A stretch of DNA of 64,000 nucleotides from Paragordius varius (taxonomy: Eukaryota > Animalia > Nematomorpha), in assembly GCA_964247055.1 (NCBI GenBank), contig OZ176057.1, forward strand, positions 3,658,001 through 3,722,000. The letters are read 5' to 3'. The position numbers and the translations under genes are program-made. The notes beneath the pieces were generated by a model that was not told where the DNA came from, did no database searches, and saw nothing but the letters and a program-made list of their open reading frames with translations. Shown here piece after piece: positions 50,363 to 61,500 of this stretch (positions are counted from its first letter, which is position 1; the number at the start of each line of letters is the position of its first letter).

Positions 50363-52371
50363 ATATCTTTTGGTTATTTTCTCAAGCTGAATGATTTTAA
50401 TATATCAAGCGACATGGATATTATTTATAATATTTTTCATGCCTTTTTTTTCTTAATGCAAAAAAAATCCAACACAATAAATTTTAAAACTATAATTATT
50501 TTTTAATATAATCTAATTTGGAATTAAAAAATCAAAAGATGTAATTTAAAAACATATCCAAAATCATATATATTATATAAAAAAAAATTTAGCGGCAAAA
50601 ATACATATTAATTTTTTTCTTTTATGTTTTGGGTTTGTGAATTATAATTAATATTTATTTTCTATTTTAGTGCTTTCAAACCATTCTTGGAACTTGAACC
50701 AGCTTTGAGGGATATATTGGATGCTTTTTATCGTTCAGATTTTAAACAATGTTTACAGTATTTGGCCGATATTTATGTAAATACTTTACATTTTTATTTT
50801 ACATTTATTTTTAATAAAAAAATTATAATTTATAGAGATATCATAATAATTGGTTAAAGTAAACTAAATCAAAATTTATATTATGATAAAAGAAAAAAAA
50901 CATTTTAACATAATCATTTTTTTGAATATTTTTGTTAATTTACATTTTGCTAAATCTTTTTGGAAACAGGTTAGAAAAGCCACAAAATAAATAAAAAAAA
51001 TCATACTTTATTTTAATTAGGGGCCGCCCTCAAACTTTTAAATCAAATTTATGCATCTTCTAAAACAGGGTTATTTAATTATAAACTCAAGAAAACATAT
51101 CATTTATGTTTAATGTCTGCGTGAAGAAATATTTTAATAAATAAGGCTTAAAATTATTTTAAATTAAATTGTTTAAAATGATAGTGTCTTAATATCTTTT
51201 TTATATCAAAATAATTATATAGAAAATATTGTATATCTAAAGTTTAAATATATGTCTATACATATATATATATATATATATATATATGTATAAGTTTAAA
51301 ATTATTATTATTATATCTTTTTTATTAATTATTAAAAAAATGATTAAAATGTTGAACATATTAAAAGGTTTTAAAAAATCCTAACACATATTTTTAACGG
51401 ACCGACAAAAACATATATTATTGATTCTAATTACTGGAAAAACAGTTTTTTTTAATTACAATTTAGTTAAGATCTTAATGTCCTACAAAATTCGTACGTA
51501 AAATTATATTACATTTATATTTGAAAACTAAAACAAAACACAACACGTATGTTAATTATAGTATGCATTTTAATGATGTTGCTTATTTCACACTTGAGTT
51601 GGGGGCAATTTGCAACACCAATAGTTTATGGAAAAAAAAGGCAAAATAATGGTTTATTCAACATTTTGCCATTGTTTGTTTCCATACACTAGTGAGTGTT
51701 GCAAATTGCCCCCAACTATAGTTTAAACAATAAGCTATACCATTAATTAAAATGCATACTGTATTTCCCATCTCTCTAGGATCAATTAATTTTGGATCTT
51801 TATATTGGACCTGTGCTTGGCACCTTGTACGGACTTATACGGAAAAGGGCTTTACTACAATACCTTATACCCTATGATTGTGTCGATATTACTGCGCTCA
51901 CTGATATATTTTACTTGTGGCACGAAGACAATGACATTATAAATTTAGCATCGCAGCTTGACCAAAATTATTGTCACACTTCAATGAATATGCCTTATAA
52001 TGGTGAAAAAGACGATCAAAATGTTGTAAGTTTGGACGAAGAAACTACGAAATATTTAAATAACATGATGATTGAATTATTGGTCCTTATTGAACAGGGC
52101 GAAATTGTTGGAAAAATAGATGGGGCAAATTTGGTAAATATTGTGACCGAAAAAATATTTATAAAATATTTTTCGATACATTTTTAATATGTATATATAT
52201 ATATATATATTCCGATAGATTTTGTACCTTATGAAGAGGGATGAACGAAAATGTGCTTTTAAAAAGGCTCTCACTTTAGGCCATGCATTGAATGAAAAAC
52301 TGCAAGAAATGGTGTTAAAAACATACACCTTGCATATGTCAGATCACCAATCTAATAATTTTGCAGCTTAA
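40402..52371 (+). CDS. GPS1: COP9 signalosome complex subunit 1, 914 aa with large insertions (15 exons)
   Basis: Exons 40402-40416, 40481-40702, 41184-41394, 42026-42179, 43696-43831, 44350-44449, 44532-44600, 45285-45319, 45429-45508, 45768-46573, 48590-48663, 49667-49896, 50671-50776, 51780-52133, 52219-52371 (2745 nt, phases consistent). CSN1 motifs [76 protein letters not shown], PCI segment LDLYIGP..GTLYGLIRKRALLQY. The first micro-exon and start codon are the least certain part. Confidence 0.93.
41481..41855. mobile_element. Family C MITE with expanded subterminal 21-nt repeat (~7 units at the left end)
   Basis: AATTCAAATT(C/T)ACCCTTAAAC reiterated at 41493-41640; right TIR ...GTGTAAATGG|tata. 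Confidence 0.85.
43039..43670. mobile_element. Two consecutive family B MITEs separated by a TA-rich spacer
   Basis: Left TIRs at 43039 and 43373, each followed by the family B body and a right TIR. Confidence 0.75.
46791..48040 (-). mobile_element. Longer, decayed relative of the 9910-10503 Helitron in a CSN1 intron
   Basis: a|CTAGCCTAAATCTCG at 46791 matches the Helitron 3' terminus a|CTAGCGTAAATCTCG at 9910 (hairpin lost). 47828-48040 aligns by eye with 10102-10310. No 5' TC end found, and the sequence in between is not shared. Confidence 0.6.
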
Positions 52372-53190
52372 TAATCATATTTGCATAAATTTATTAATAT
52401 ATATTTGAGTTTAATTGTATATTCCATAATTAGTTTTCAATATACATAGGGCATTAGCTGTAATGTGCATTTACTACTTTTTTATAAAATTTAAAGTTTT
52501 CGATAAAAAAAATTTTACAGTTGCCTATCTAAAATCGGCTAATTTTTTTTTAAATAAACAAAAAGAGTGGGTCAATTTGCAACACAGTAGTGTATGGAAA
52601 TAACAATAAAAAGTTGAATTAACAATTATTTCCCTTCTTTTTTCCCATATACTCCTGTATTGCAAATTGCCCTACTGTAGTGTGAAATAAGAAATCATTA
52701 AAATGCATACTGTATATCGAAAAATGTTTTTATAATATCAAAGTGTTTTTACCGCTTAACCTGCTTCAATATATCCTAATAGCTTCATTGAGATTTTTCT
52801 ATTGAAATTATTTAGCATAGAATCTTCTAAATAAAATACAGTCCGTCGAATTAAAAAATGTATTTTTAAATATAAAATAATTATTTAAAATTCGTGAAAT
52901 CTCGGCATTTTTGCCCTTATGGTAAAAAAAAGATTCGTTCAGAGGAAGACAATATCCCATATCTAAAAATTAATTTTATAAAATGTTTTGCTTGTTAAAA
53001 TAGTATATAATATGATTTAAAAATATTTTTAATAATAAAGTATTTAGCTTTCATTTAAAATGATTATCAGCATAATATGCGGAAACCTGCGATTTTTCAT
53101 ACGCGTAAATTATCACAAGGTAATATCAACTTTCTATTATCGCTCGTAAGGTCAATAACCAAAAGCATTATTAGATACATTGATTTTTAA

Positions 53191-53760
53191 TTTCAATCGC
53201 CAACACACTCATTTTAGTCCTTCGATTCAAATTGGGGTAGTTGGATACCCCAGGCCTGTTTAAAATCAAATACTTTAAAAAGTATGGAAGCAATCGAAAC
53301 CATGGCCAAATTTTGCACTTATATAACATTAATAAACCGAAATATATAAAAAACTTTATTCAAAAATACTTGATATTACTTATTTTGTAAAACTTAAAGG
53401 TAAAAAATGACATGTTATCAAATTGTAAAATTAAAAAATAATACAAAATAAACGGCTTTTTCTATTGCTATCAATGTTAGATGTATTTATATAAAAAATA
53501 AGCTTTAGTTTTACCCTTAAAATTAAATGAAGACGATATTTTGCAAAATTTTTGTAAAATAAAAATGGCGTCGAAGTAGTTTGAGATGGAACTTTTTTTT
53601 TCAAAACAAAATTTTATCAAGATATTTTGGCATATTTATAAAATATTTATCAGGATAGAAGCATAAATTTCAATTGGGACCGTTTCCTTCAGTAGTTTTT
53701 TTGAAATATTAATTTAAATTTAGTCTGGGGTATTTAGACACCCCAATTTGAATCGAAGTG
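53191..53760 (+). mobile_element. Family A piggyBac-like element (left end decayed)
   Basis: Collinear with 15488-16064; right end CCCCAATTTGAATCGAAGTG|ttaa. Confidence 0.85.
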
Positions 53761-54776
53761 TTAAATAAAATATAAAAAAAATTACCTTGAATTGAGTTAT
53801 TAATTTTCATATTTGTCAGACTGAGTATTTTTTATGTGTTGAAAAATAAAGTTTTAAATCCCATCACATATTGTTTCTTTAAACAAAAATATTATTTTTT
53901 TGGATAATTATCTTTAGAATATACATTTATTTTATCAGCTTTGTCTCTCAAAGTTGGGTAATGGAGCCTGTCATTTATCATTATTAAGTTCCTACATTTA
54001 TTGTTTAAATAATATCAGAATTGATAATTATACAACTACAACAAAAACCCGAATATTTTTTATGTATCAAATAATTACAGTAAATTTAAATTATACCAAA
54101 CCTAAAAATATAAAGAAATGTGTTTTTCTAAAAGGCAACCATACTTTTTTATACTTCATTTTTGAAAAGATACTCATTGTTTTAAATTGCAAAGTATATG
54201 ATATGATTGGTTACACAATCAATTATATATTTTACATTTGTAATTATATAATTTTTATGAGAAAAATTAAGGTTAATAGAATTATGGTTTTCTTTTAGAA
54301 AAAAATATTTGTGTTTATATTTTTACTTTTTGTCCGTATAATTTAGTTTTTACTAAAATATATATGTAAATCAGATACAATGTATTAGTTTTTTATATGC
54401 ACTTTTCAATCGTTAAATAAAAATATCACTTTTAGAGCTACAGTTTGAATACAACTGATATGAAGAGATAAATGAGTAAATAAAAATATACTACGACACA
54501 TTAAAAACTGAAAATTCAGCCACAATTAAAAGGTAAATGGGCTATTATTCGCTTTTAATTAATCATTTGTTACATTCTTAAAACTTAATGGAGACTTAAT
54601 TCTCATTTTTTATGGCTTACGGATTCGTACAACATTTATTAATTATATTGAAAATTGAAATAAAATGTGAATATGATATATATAAAAATATATGAAAATA
54701 ATTGTGATCTTTTGCAATTTGTGACTAAAACATCGTTTTAAATGCTTAATAATAAATTGCATTTTGAGCTGAGATA

Positions 54777-55991
54777 TCATATTGTGGATTGATGAATGAA
54801 CGATGATGAAATACTGAAATCTAATAAGGATCCAATCTTTTGCTTAAGCAAACTAAACATTACACACACTCCTGGTTCTGTTAGAAAAAAAATCATTGAT
54901 ACCAAACCTAAAAACGTATAATTTATGTAGATGCAAACGTGAATAATGCTAAAGCTTTTTACATAATTGGTCATGATAAAACATGAAATTCGAGCCAATA
55001 GGATAATTAACATTAACAAATTTAACACAGTTAACTGATATAACTCTCGTTTAGTTTGTTGTAAGACAAAATGACGCATTTGAGAAAGTGAATATGATTT
55101 TGATTTTCGGGGCGATCCGCAACTCTTTTGAGCAAGACAAATGTTTGAATCAGCATTTATGCATGCAATCGTTAGCTTATGTTCAATTGGTTTTATCTTA
55201 GAAGCTTTAAATCGGTAAACGGCTATTTTACCGAAATGGCATAATTTGGAGAATAGAGTAGGGTTGGAGATCGCAACAGTTTTAGGAGCGTATCTTATCT
55301 GTTGCGTAAGCCTCCTAGGTGGCTGCTGTTTAATTGAATTACACACAAGGAACTGAGTTACATTACAAATGTTTATACGGACAACCTCAGCAAAAGCGCA
55401 AACTGCCGTAATTAAAAATGTGTATGGGATAATTTTGGTCACGACTAGATTGAATGTTAAGATAAAGTGTTTTGAAACGTTCGTTTTAAACCAGTTAGTG
55501 TTTAATCGGTAAGCCGTGTGGATCACAATGACACTTAAAATGCTAATTGTATATGTTATGTAAAGAAAGAGTTTGATACGATGCCAAGCATGATTGTAGA
55601 TTGAAGGAAAGGACAAATTTATTACGCGATGAAAGATAGCAAGGATAAGAGCATAGCTTTGGGTCGTAATCAAAATTTGGTTAGTGAAATGCCAAAACGG
55701 AGGTAACGGGAAAATATCAAATAATTCTGAAACCTTACCAGTGAGTATTGATAACCAGACGCATACGGAAAATATTCTTCCATACCATATCCATTGATGT
55801 CTAACATTTTTCCGGCACAATTTTATATTGTGACTGATTACAGGATTATTGATGTTTAAGTCCAAAAAAGTTTTGTGAGTAGTATGAGTGTCATGGAAGT
55901 GTCTAACATATGCAAAACAGGTTATGCGAATAGCATGGAGAATCATACAACCCCATTCCATAAAATTCATAAAATATCTGATTCTATACAT
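54777..55991 (-). CDS. Orphan seven-transmembrane, class A GPCR-like protein, 404 aa from the first ATG
   Basis: Uninterrupted 1215-nt ORF in very AT-rich DNA with seven hydrophobic segments by eye, FHRVINLSFP at the end of TM3 (DRYxAVxxP position) and a long basic loop between TM5 and TM6. The frame is open upstream to an acceptor at 56080-56081, so an upstream exon is possible. Confidence 0.65.
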   Translation of the reverse strand: MYRIRYFMNFMEWGCMILHAIRITCFAYVRHFHDTHTTHKTFLDLNINNPVISHNIKLCRKNVRHQWIWYGRIFSVCVWLSILTGKVSELFDIFPLPPFWHFTNQILITTQSYALILAIFHRVINLSFPSIYNHAWHRIKLFLYITYTISILSVIVIHTAYRLNTNWFKTNVSKHFILTFNLVVTKIIPYTFLITAVCAFAEVVRINICNVTQFLVCNSIKQQPPRRLTQQIRYAPKTVAISNPTLFSKLCHFGKIAVYRFKASKIKPIEHKLTIACINADSNICLAQKSCGSPRKSKSYSLSQMRHFVLQQTKRELYQLTVLNLLMLIILLARISCFIMTNYVKSFSIIHVCIYINYTFLGLVSMIFFLTEPGVCVMFSLLKQKIGSLLDFSISSSFIHQSTI

Positions 55992-56002
55992 TTTGGCACT
56001 AG

Positions 56003-56358
56003 GCTGGGTGCTGGATTGGGGAATGCAAATTGATGATTGGGTAGTTGTAAAAGTATTTCTTTTATACAGTAAAAATATGCTAAGATTTTATGTTCGAAAT
56101 AATTCTTGGATTTAAGCTATTTATAACAGATTTAATCATTAATTTAGTTAATTGGTTCCCAATGATATATTTAGGGTTTTCACTTAAGCTGGGTGTTTGA
56201 TTGGTTGAAGGAATGCTAATTGATGATTGGGTAATTTTAAAAGTATTTTTTTATCTAAAACTAGAATTTTGTATCGGAAATAATCTTGGATTTAAGCTTT
56301 TTATAACAGATTAATTTAGTAATTTAGTAACATGGTTCCCAATGATCCATTTAGGGTT
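56003..56358. repeat. Two-copy tandem duplication (~185-bp period) over the 5' boundary of the 7TM ORF
   Basis: GCTGGGTG...TGATGATTGGGTA...CTTGGATTTAAGCT...TGGTTCCCAATGAT...TTAGGGTT occurs at 56003-56178 and 56188-56358. Confidence 0.85.
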
Positions 56359-57114
56359 CGCTGTACTATTTACTATTTATCGTTGATTTTAACGCTAATA
56401 ATCTAATAATTTAATTAGTTTTTATATATATATTAAAAGCTTTATATTTATTGCGTTTCCTTCATCTTACCTTTTCAAAACAATGTTGATGGTGTGTTTG
56501 AAAATTTTTGCAAAAATAAATTAATCTTCAATTTGGCTAATTGCTGTAAGGTTAATGTTTTCTAAGATATAAAAAATTCCTAAATCCGAAAAAAAGTAGG
56601 AAACGTTAATATAGAATGGTGTTAAAATATATAGATTTTAACAAATCTTATCTGATGATCGGAAATATTTTAAAAGATTCTAATTGAAAATTTTTGATTG
56701 GTATGTTAAAATTTTGTAGTAAGCTCTTCGATAAAAACATTTTAGGAGCTATTAAAAAGATTTTAATTATGCCATTCTTGGATCGAATCTAAATCCATCA
56801 AATTTATGGTTTAGAATTATGTGATAAGTTTTTAATGATTTTATCTTATTGCAAAAATAACTTTTTTTGCATTCTTTTGATTTTGTTTTGAAAAAACTTA
56901 TAAATAAAGTTAAATCGTAAAAAATATTTACGGTGTTAAAAATATTGCAAAGATCAATATTAAAATCATTCTTGAGTATTTTCTCGGTTTCGAATAAATT
57001 TCTTATTCTCAAAAAAACAGTATTTTTTGAGCAACTTGGTTCTATTGATTACAAATTTCTAATTTTTACAATAGACTTCTTAATAAACGGAAAAATTGTT
57101 GATTTAAAACTTTA

Positions 57115-57392
57115 CAGTAAAAACTGAAATTATACGGACACTTAAAAATATAAAGACAATATTTTCTTCTAGAAGATAACCATATTTTTATTTATTTTAT
57201 TTTTCTCATATGATTATATGATTACATTTGTGGAATATATAATTGATTGTGTAGTCAATATAGACATAAATTTTATACATTCATTTAAAACAATGAATTA
57301 TCATTTTAAAAATAAAAAAAAGTATGGTTGTGTTTTAGAAAAAAACATTTGTCTTTATATTTTTGGTTTTGTCCGTATAATTTTAATTACTG
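57115..57392. mobile_element. MITE family B copy
   Basis: ta|CAGTAAAAACTGAAATTATACGGAC ... TTACTG|ta. Confidence 0.8.
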
Positions 57393-58277
57393 TATTGTAT
57401 GAGCTAAATTTTTATAATGTAAAAAAATATGCGTTATGAATATCGTAAAATAGATGTATGTATCAAGATAAATTATTTTTTAATTGTATTTATAAAGTTA
57501 AAATTTATTAAAGATAAGTTAAATTTCTCATAAATTTATTTAAAATGACCTTAAATGAAATTTATTTGTATAAATTTATATTATGTTCGATATTATACTC
57601 TTAGGCTGAAATTAAAATATTAATAAAATTAGGAATTTTTATTGAGCTTAAACTTTTTCTAAGTTATTTTATGTTAGACACTTTTTAAAACATACAGTAA
57701 AATTTGAAATTATTCAATATAAAATGTAAAAACATAAAAACTAAAGCTTGATCCACATAAACTAGAATACTTTAAAAGATGTAATCACATAGGCAATTTA
57801 CATATATATTCCCTATTTAACAACCAAGCGACAAGTTTTTTCAAAAAATTAAGTTTTTAAAAAATGTGATTGGCTTTTAGACAAAATATTAATTTTTTAC
57901 GTTTTGTGATCTGCATATAATTTCAATTTTACAGCAACCGCGCTTACATAAATGGAATTTCATATACTGGAAAATGTAAGGAAAAAGGGGAATTTCAATT
58001 TTAAAGCAATATTTTAATATCAGGCTTTGAGATTTGTAGTTTGCATTCTTAATGCAAATTGTCAATTGCATAAAAGTTTGATGAGTTAATTTTATATCGT
58101 TACAAAATATCATTAAAAGACGTAAAATATATTTTTTTAATTTATTATATCTGCCTCTTAAAAAAAACTAAGATCACTACTAACTAATCTCAGTAAATCT
58201 CATTTAACAAATTAAACGATTACAGCGCGGTACAAGTTGATGTTTTATATTATGAACCAAAGTGTATACATACATAC

Positions 58278-58315
<38 letters not shown>

Positions 58316-58593
58316 TGTTTTGAACTGCATATGAAGACGGTTTTTCTTCTTAAAGTAATTAGTTTGTATTTGCATATATATTATCAGGTTAGTTACATAA
58401 TTTTAACGGTATAATTGTTTAGAGGTGACGGTATCGAAACCAACAAAATACTAATACGAGTTTATCTAGTGATAAAAATTGATTGAAAATCATTGGATAA
58501 TAATATTTCTGATACATTTTATTTTAACCAAGTTATAGATTCCTAAATTTTACTGATCGAAAATTATTGAGTTTAAAAAATATTTCTTAACTT

Positions 58594-61500
58594 ATGTGGT
58601 TTAAAAATGGACTAACTCTCACGATATTCCTTAGTCTAGGTATATATTATTATCATTAATTTTCTTTAAACAATCCTCTCTGTCTGTAAAATAAGGCTTG
58701 TTGCTCTCCTAATGTTGGATAAGTTTCTTATTTAAGGAATAGAAACAGGCTAAGTTTATATGATATTAATTGGTTTTCGGTTATTGACGGTTTCGAAGAA
58801 TTAAAGTGGTTTTTGAACTCTTTTTCCAGATATGTTTTGTTTTGGTTCAATTGCATTCTTTCCAATTCTATTTTTAATTATTATTAGGAAAATGATTTAA
58901 ATTTGCCTTGTAGTTCTAGATTTTATGATATAATGTGAAAAATTAGGAGAGTATATTGTTGACTTGAATAAACTATAAATTTTATATATTTAAAATAAAT
59001 AGAATTGCATAAAGCACTTCAAAAAAAAAATCTATTTTTTTTAAACTTTGAACCTTAGATACGGTCTGTTTTGATATCGATTCCATCGTATTTTGGATTT
59101 AAACCGAGGTCACAGAAAATTAAATAGACAAAAAAGGAATTTAATTTACACATTAAAATTGAAATTATACTGACAAAACCTAATAATATAAAGACAAATA
59201 TTTTTATCTAAAACACACCCATTCTTTTTCCCTTAATTTTTTATAAGCTATTTAATTACAAGTAAAATATAGAATTGATTGTGTTGTATATATATATATA
59301 TATATAATTTCAGACTTTGTCATTTAAAATAATGAGTTATATGGAAACAAATTGAGATTGGAAAAGTATGGTTGTCCTCTGAAAAAAATATTTGTCTTTA
59401 TATTTTTACATTTTGTCAGTATAATTTCAGTTTTTACTGTACATACCATTTTTGAGATAATTGTTCTGTCTGGTTACAATTTAATTTTTCCTCCGGTATG
59501 CAATCTCTGAAAATTCTCATGGTAATTATTTATTAACTCTATTTTTATCATTTTTAGTAATATGGCTAATTATGATGGATCCCTGTTCGGGCGAACCTAA
59601 AAGTAAAAAGAAAAAAGAGGAAAAGAACCGAAATAAAAAGAAGGCCATAAAAATGATTGAAAAAATCCTTGAAGACATTAAAGCTACCACAACGCCTCAA
59701 AATACCCCAAATACTACTCCTGAGGAAGGCAAGATATCAACTACTCCAAGTATATATATATATTTAAATTATACGGACAAAATGTAAAAATATAAGGAAA
59801 GTTTTTTTAAAGATAAACATACTTTTAATTGATTTTTATCCTGTAAAATAGATTTAAACACAATTATAAAATGCATAATTGATTGTGTTACCAATATATA
59901 TTTCTCTATTTCATAAACAATGAGTTATGTTTAATAAAATCCAGACAGAAAAAGTATGGTTAAAAAATTTAATTTATATTTTTCGTTTTGTCCGTATAAT
60001 TTCAATTTTTACTGTATTTAATATAGTAAGTAAAAATACTATATGATATGGCGAATAAAATTTAAATATCAAAAGTAAAAAATTAATTTTTATTCATTCT
60101 ATTATTTTAAAGAATGTATTATGGTAACTTTGTTGGAAAAGAAAGAATTATCATGTTGTTGATAAATTTCTTTAAACAAAACAAACCTTTCTAGTTTTTA
60201 AAGCTATCGTGTACAATAAATAAAATAATAACGGACAAAACGTAATATACAAATATTTTTTTCTTAAAGTCAACCATACTTTTTAAATCTTTATTTTTTC
60301 AATATAAATCATTGAAAATTGCAAAGTATGGTATAGACATGGATATTGGTAGCACAATCAATCATATATTTTACATAATTGTGCAATTAAATAATTTATG
60401 GGAAAACTAAGGTTTATAAAAAAGTATGGTCTTTTAGAAAAAAATATGTTTTTATATTTTCACGCTTTGTCCGTATAATTTCAATTTTAAGTGTAATAGC
60501 GAAAATAAAGCAAGGCATTTTTCTTTTTGCATACAGTTATCGCGTAATCTAGGCTTTTGCGTTTATTTTATAAAAGCTTGTCCATTTTAGAGTACAAAAA
60601 TGTACGACTTTCGGAGCCTTCGTCTTAATAAATCTAAAAATATTTTTTTCCCTTTTTAAATATTTTTATTTGACTGAAGCCTTAAATTTATGTGTTAAAT
60701 GTGCGTTAATTTAACGATTTTCCATATGGAGCAGTATGAAATTGTAATTTTTTTTTAATGACAAAGCCCAAAACCCAGCGCACCATAAAAATCTTGATAC
60801 ATTTACCATCCAATAAATGTATTTCATTAGATTATTTTTTGTGTGTACTGTGTAATTGGAGGAAGCTTGATGTAACATTTTACATATTTAGTTAAATAAG
60901 ACGTATCATTACCAATTATTTTGCGGTTATAAGGTAATAATGATGCCACAAGTGCAAGAACTACAGTTAAAAATTCAGATGGCTCAACCTCAACAACTGT
61001 CAATTCATCTACAGATCGAACGATGAAACGGAAAAAGTGTGACAAAAGACAAAAACGTTGTCGCAGACGACAGAAACGTAAAAACAGACGACGAAAGAAT
61101 GATGGAGCTTCTACAGACCTAACATCAACTACGCAGGTTGGTACAACCTGGTCCACGGTATACATGTTCCAACCATCCTTAATTATGAAAACGCAAGTGT
61201 TTGAATTCAATAAAGCTGCCACATCCCTTAATCAAAGCATATCAACCAATGATGATGAAAACAGTGTTATAGTAAAATATAATTCAATAGACGATGTTTC
61301 TAACAAAGGTTTTTTAACGGTGAAACCTCAAATTTTTGATTTCAATAAAACGAACCTTACAAACACTTCGACCATATCAAATGCAGAAGGGATTGTTGAA
61401 GAAATCATATATGTTACTGTTCCATACAATCTTAGTGTAACCGAAGATTTGCATGTCAATGATATATTGGTATATCGCTAAAAATAATTGAATTATAAAC

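Noticed and set aside
52761-52826. 66-nt phase-symmetric minus-strand exon-like segment (EDSMLNNFNRKISMKLLGYIEA)
   Set aside because: Canonical AG/GT and open frame, but no in-phase neighbouring exons found; may be chance.
59498-59521. Alternative first exon MQSLKILM for the last gene
   Set aside because: Splicing it to 59558 gives an immediate TAA; exon 58594-58639 is in phase and completes a signal peptide.
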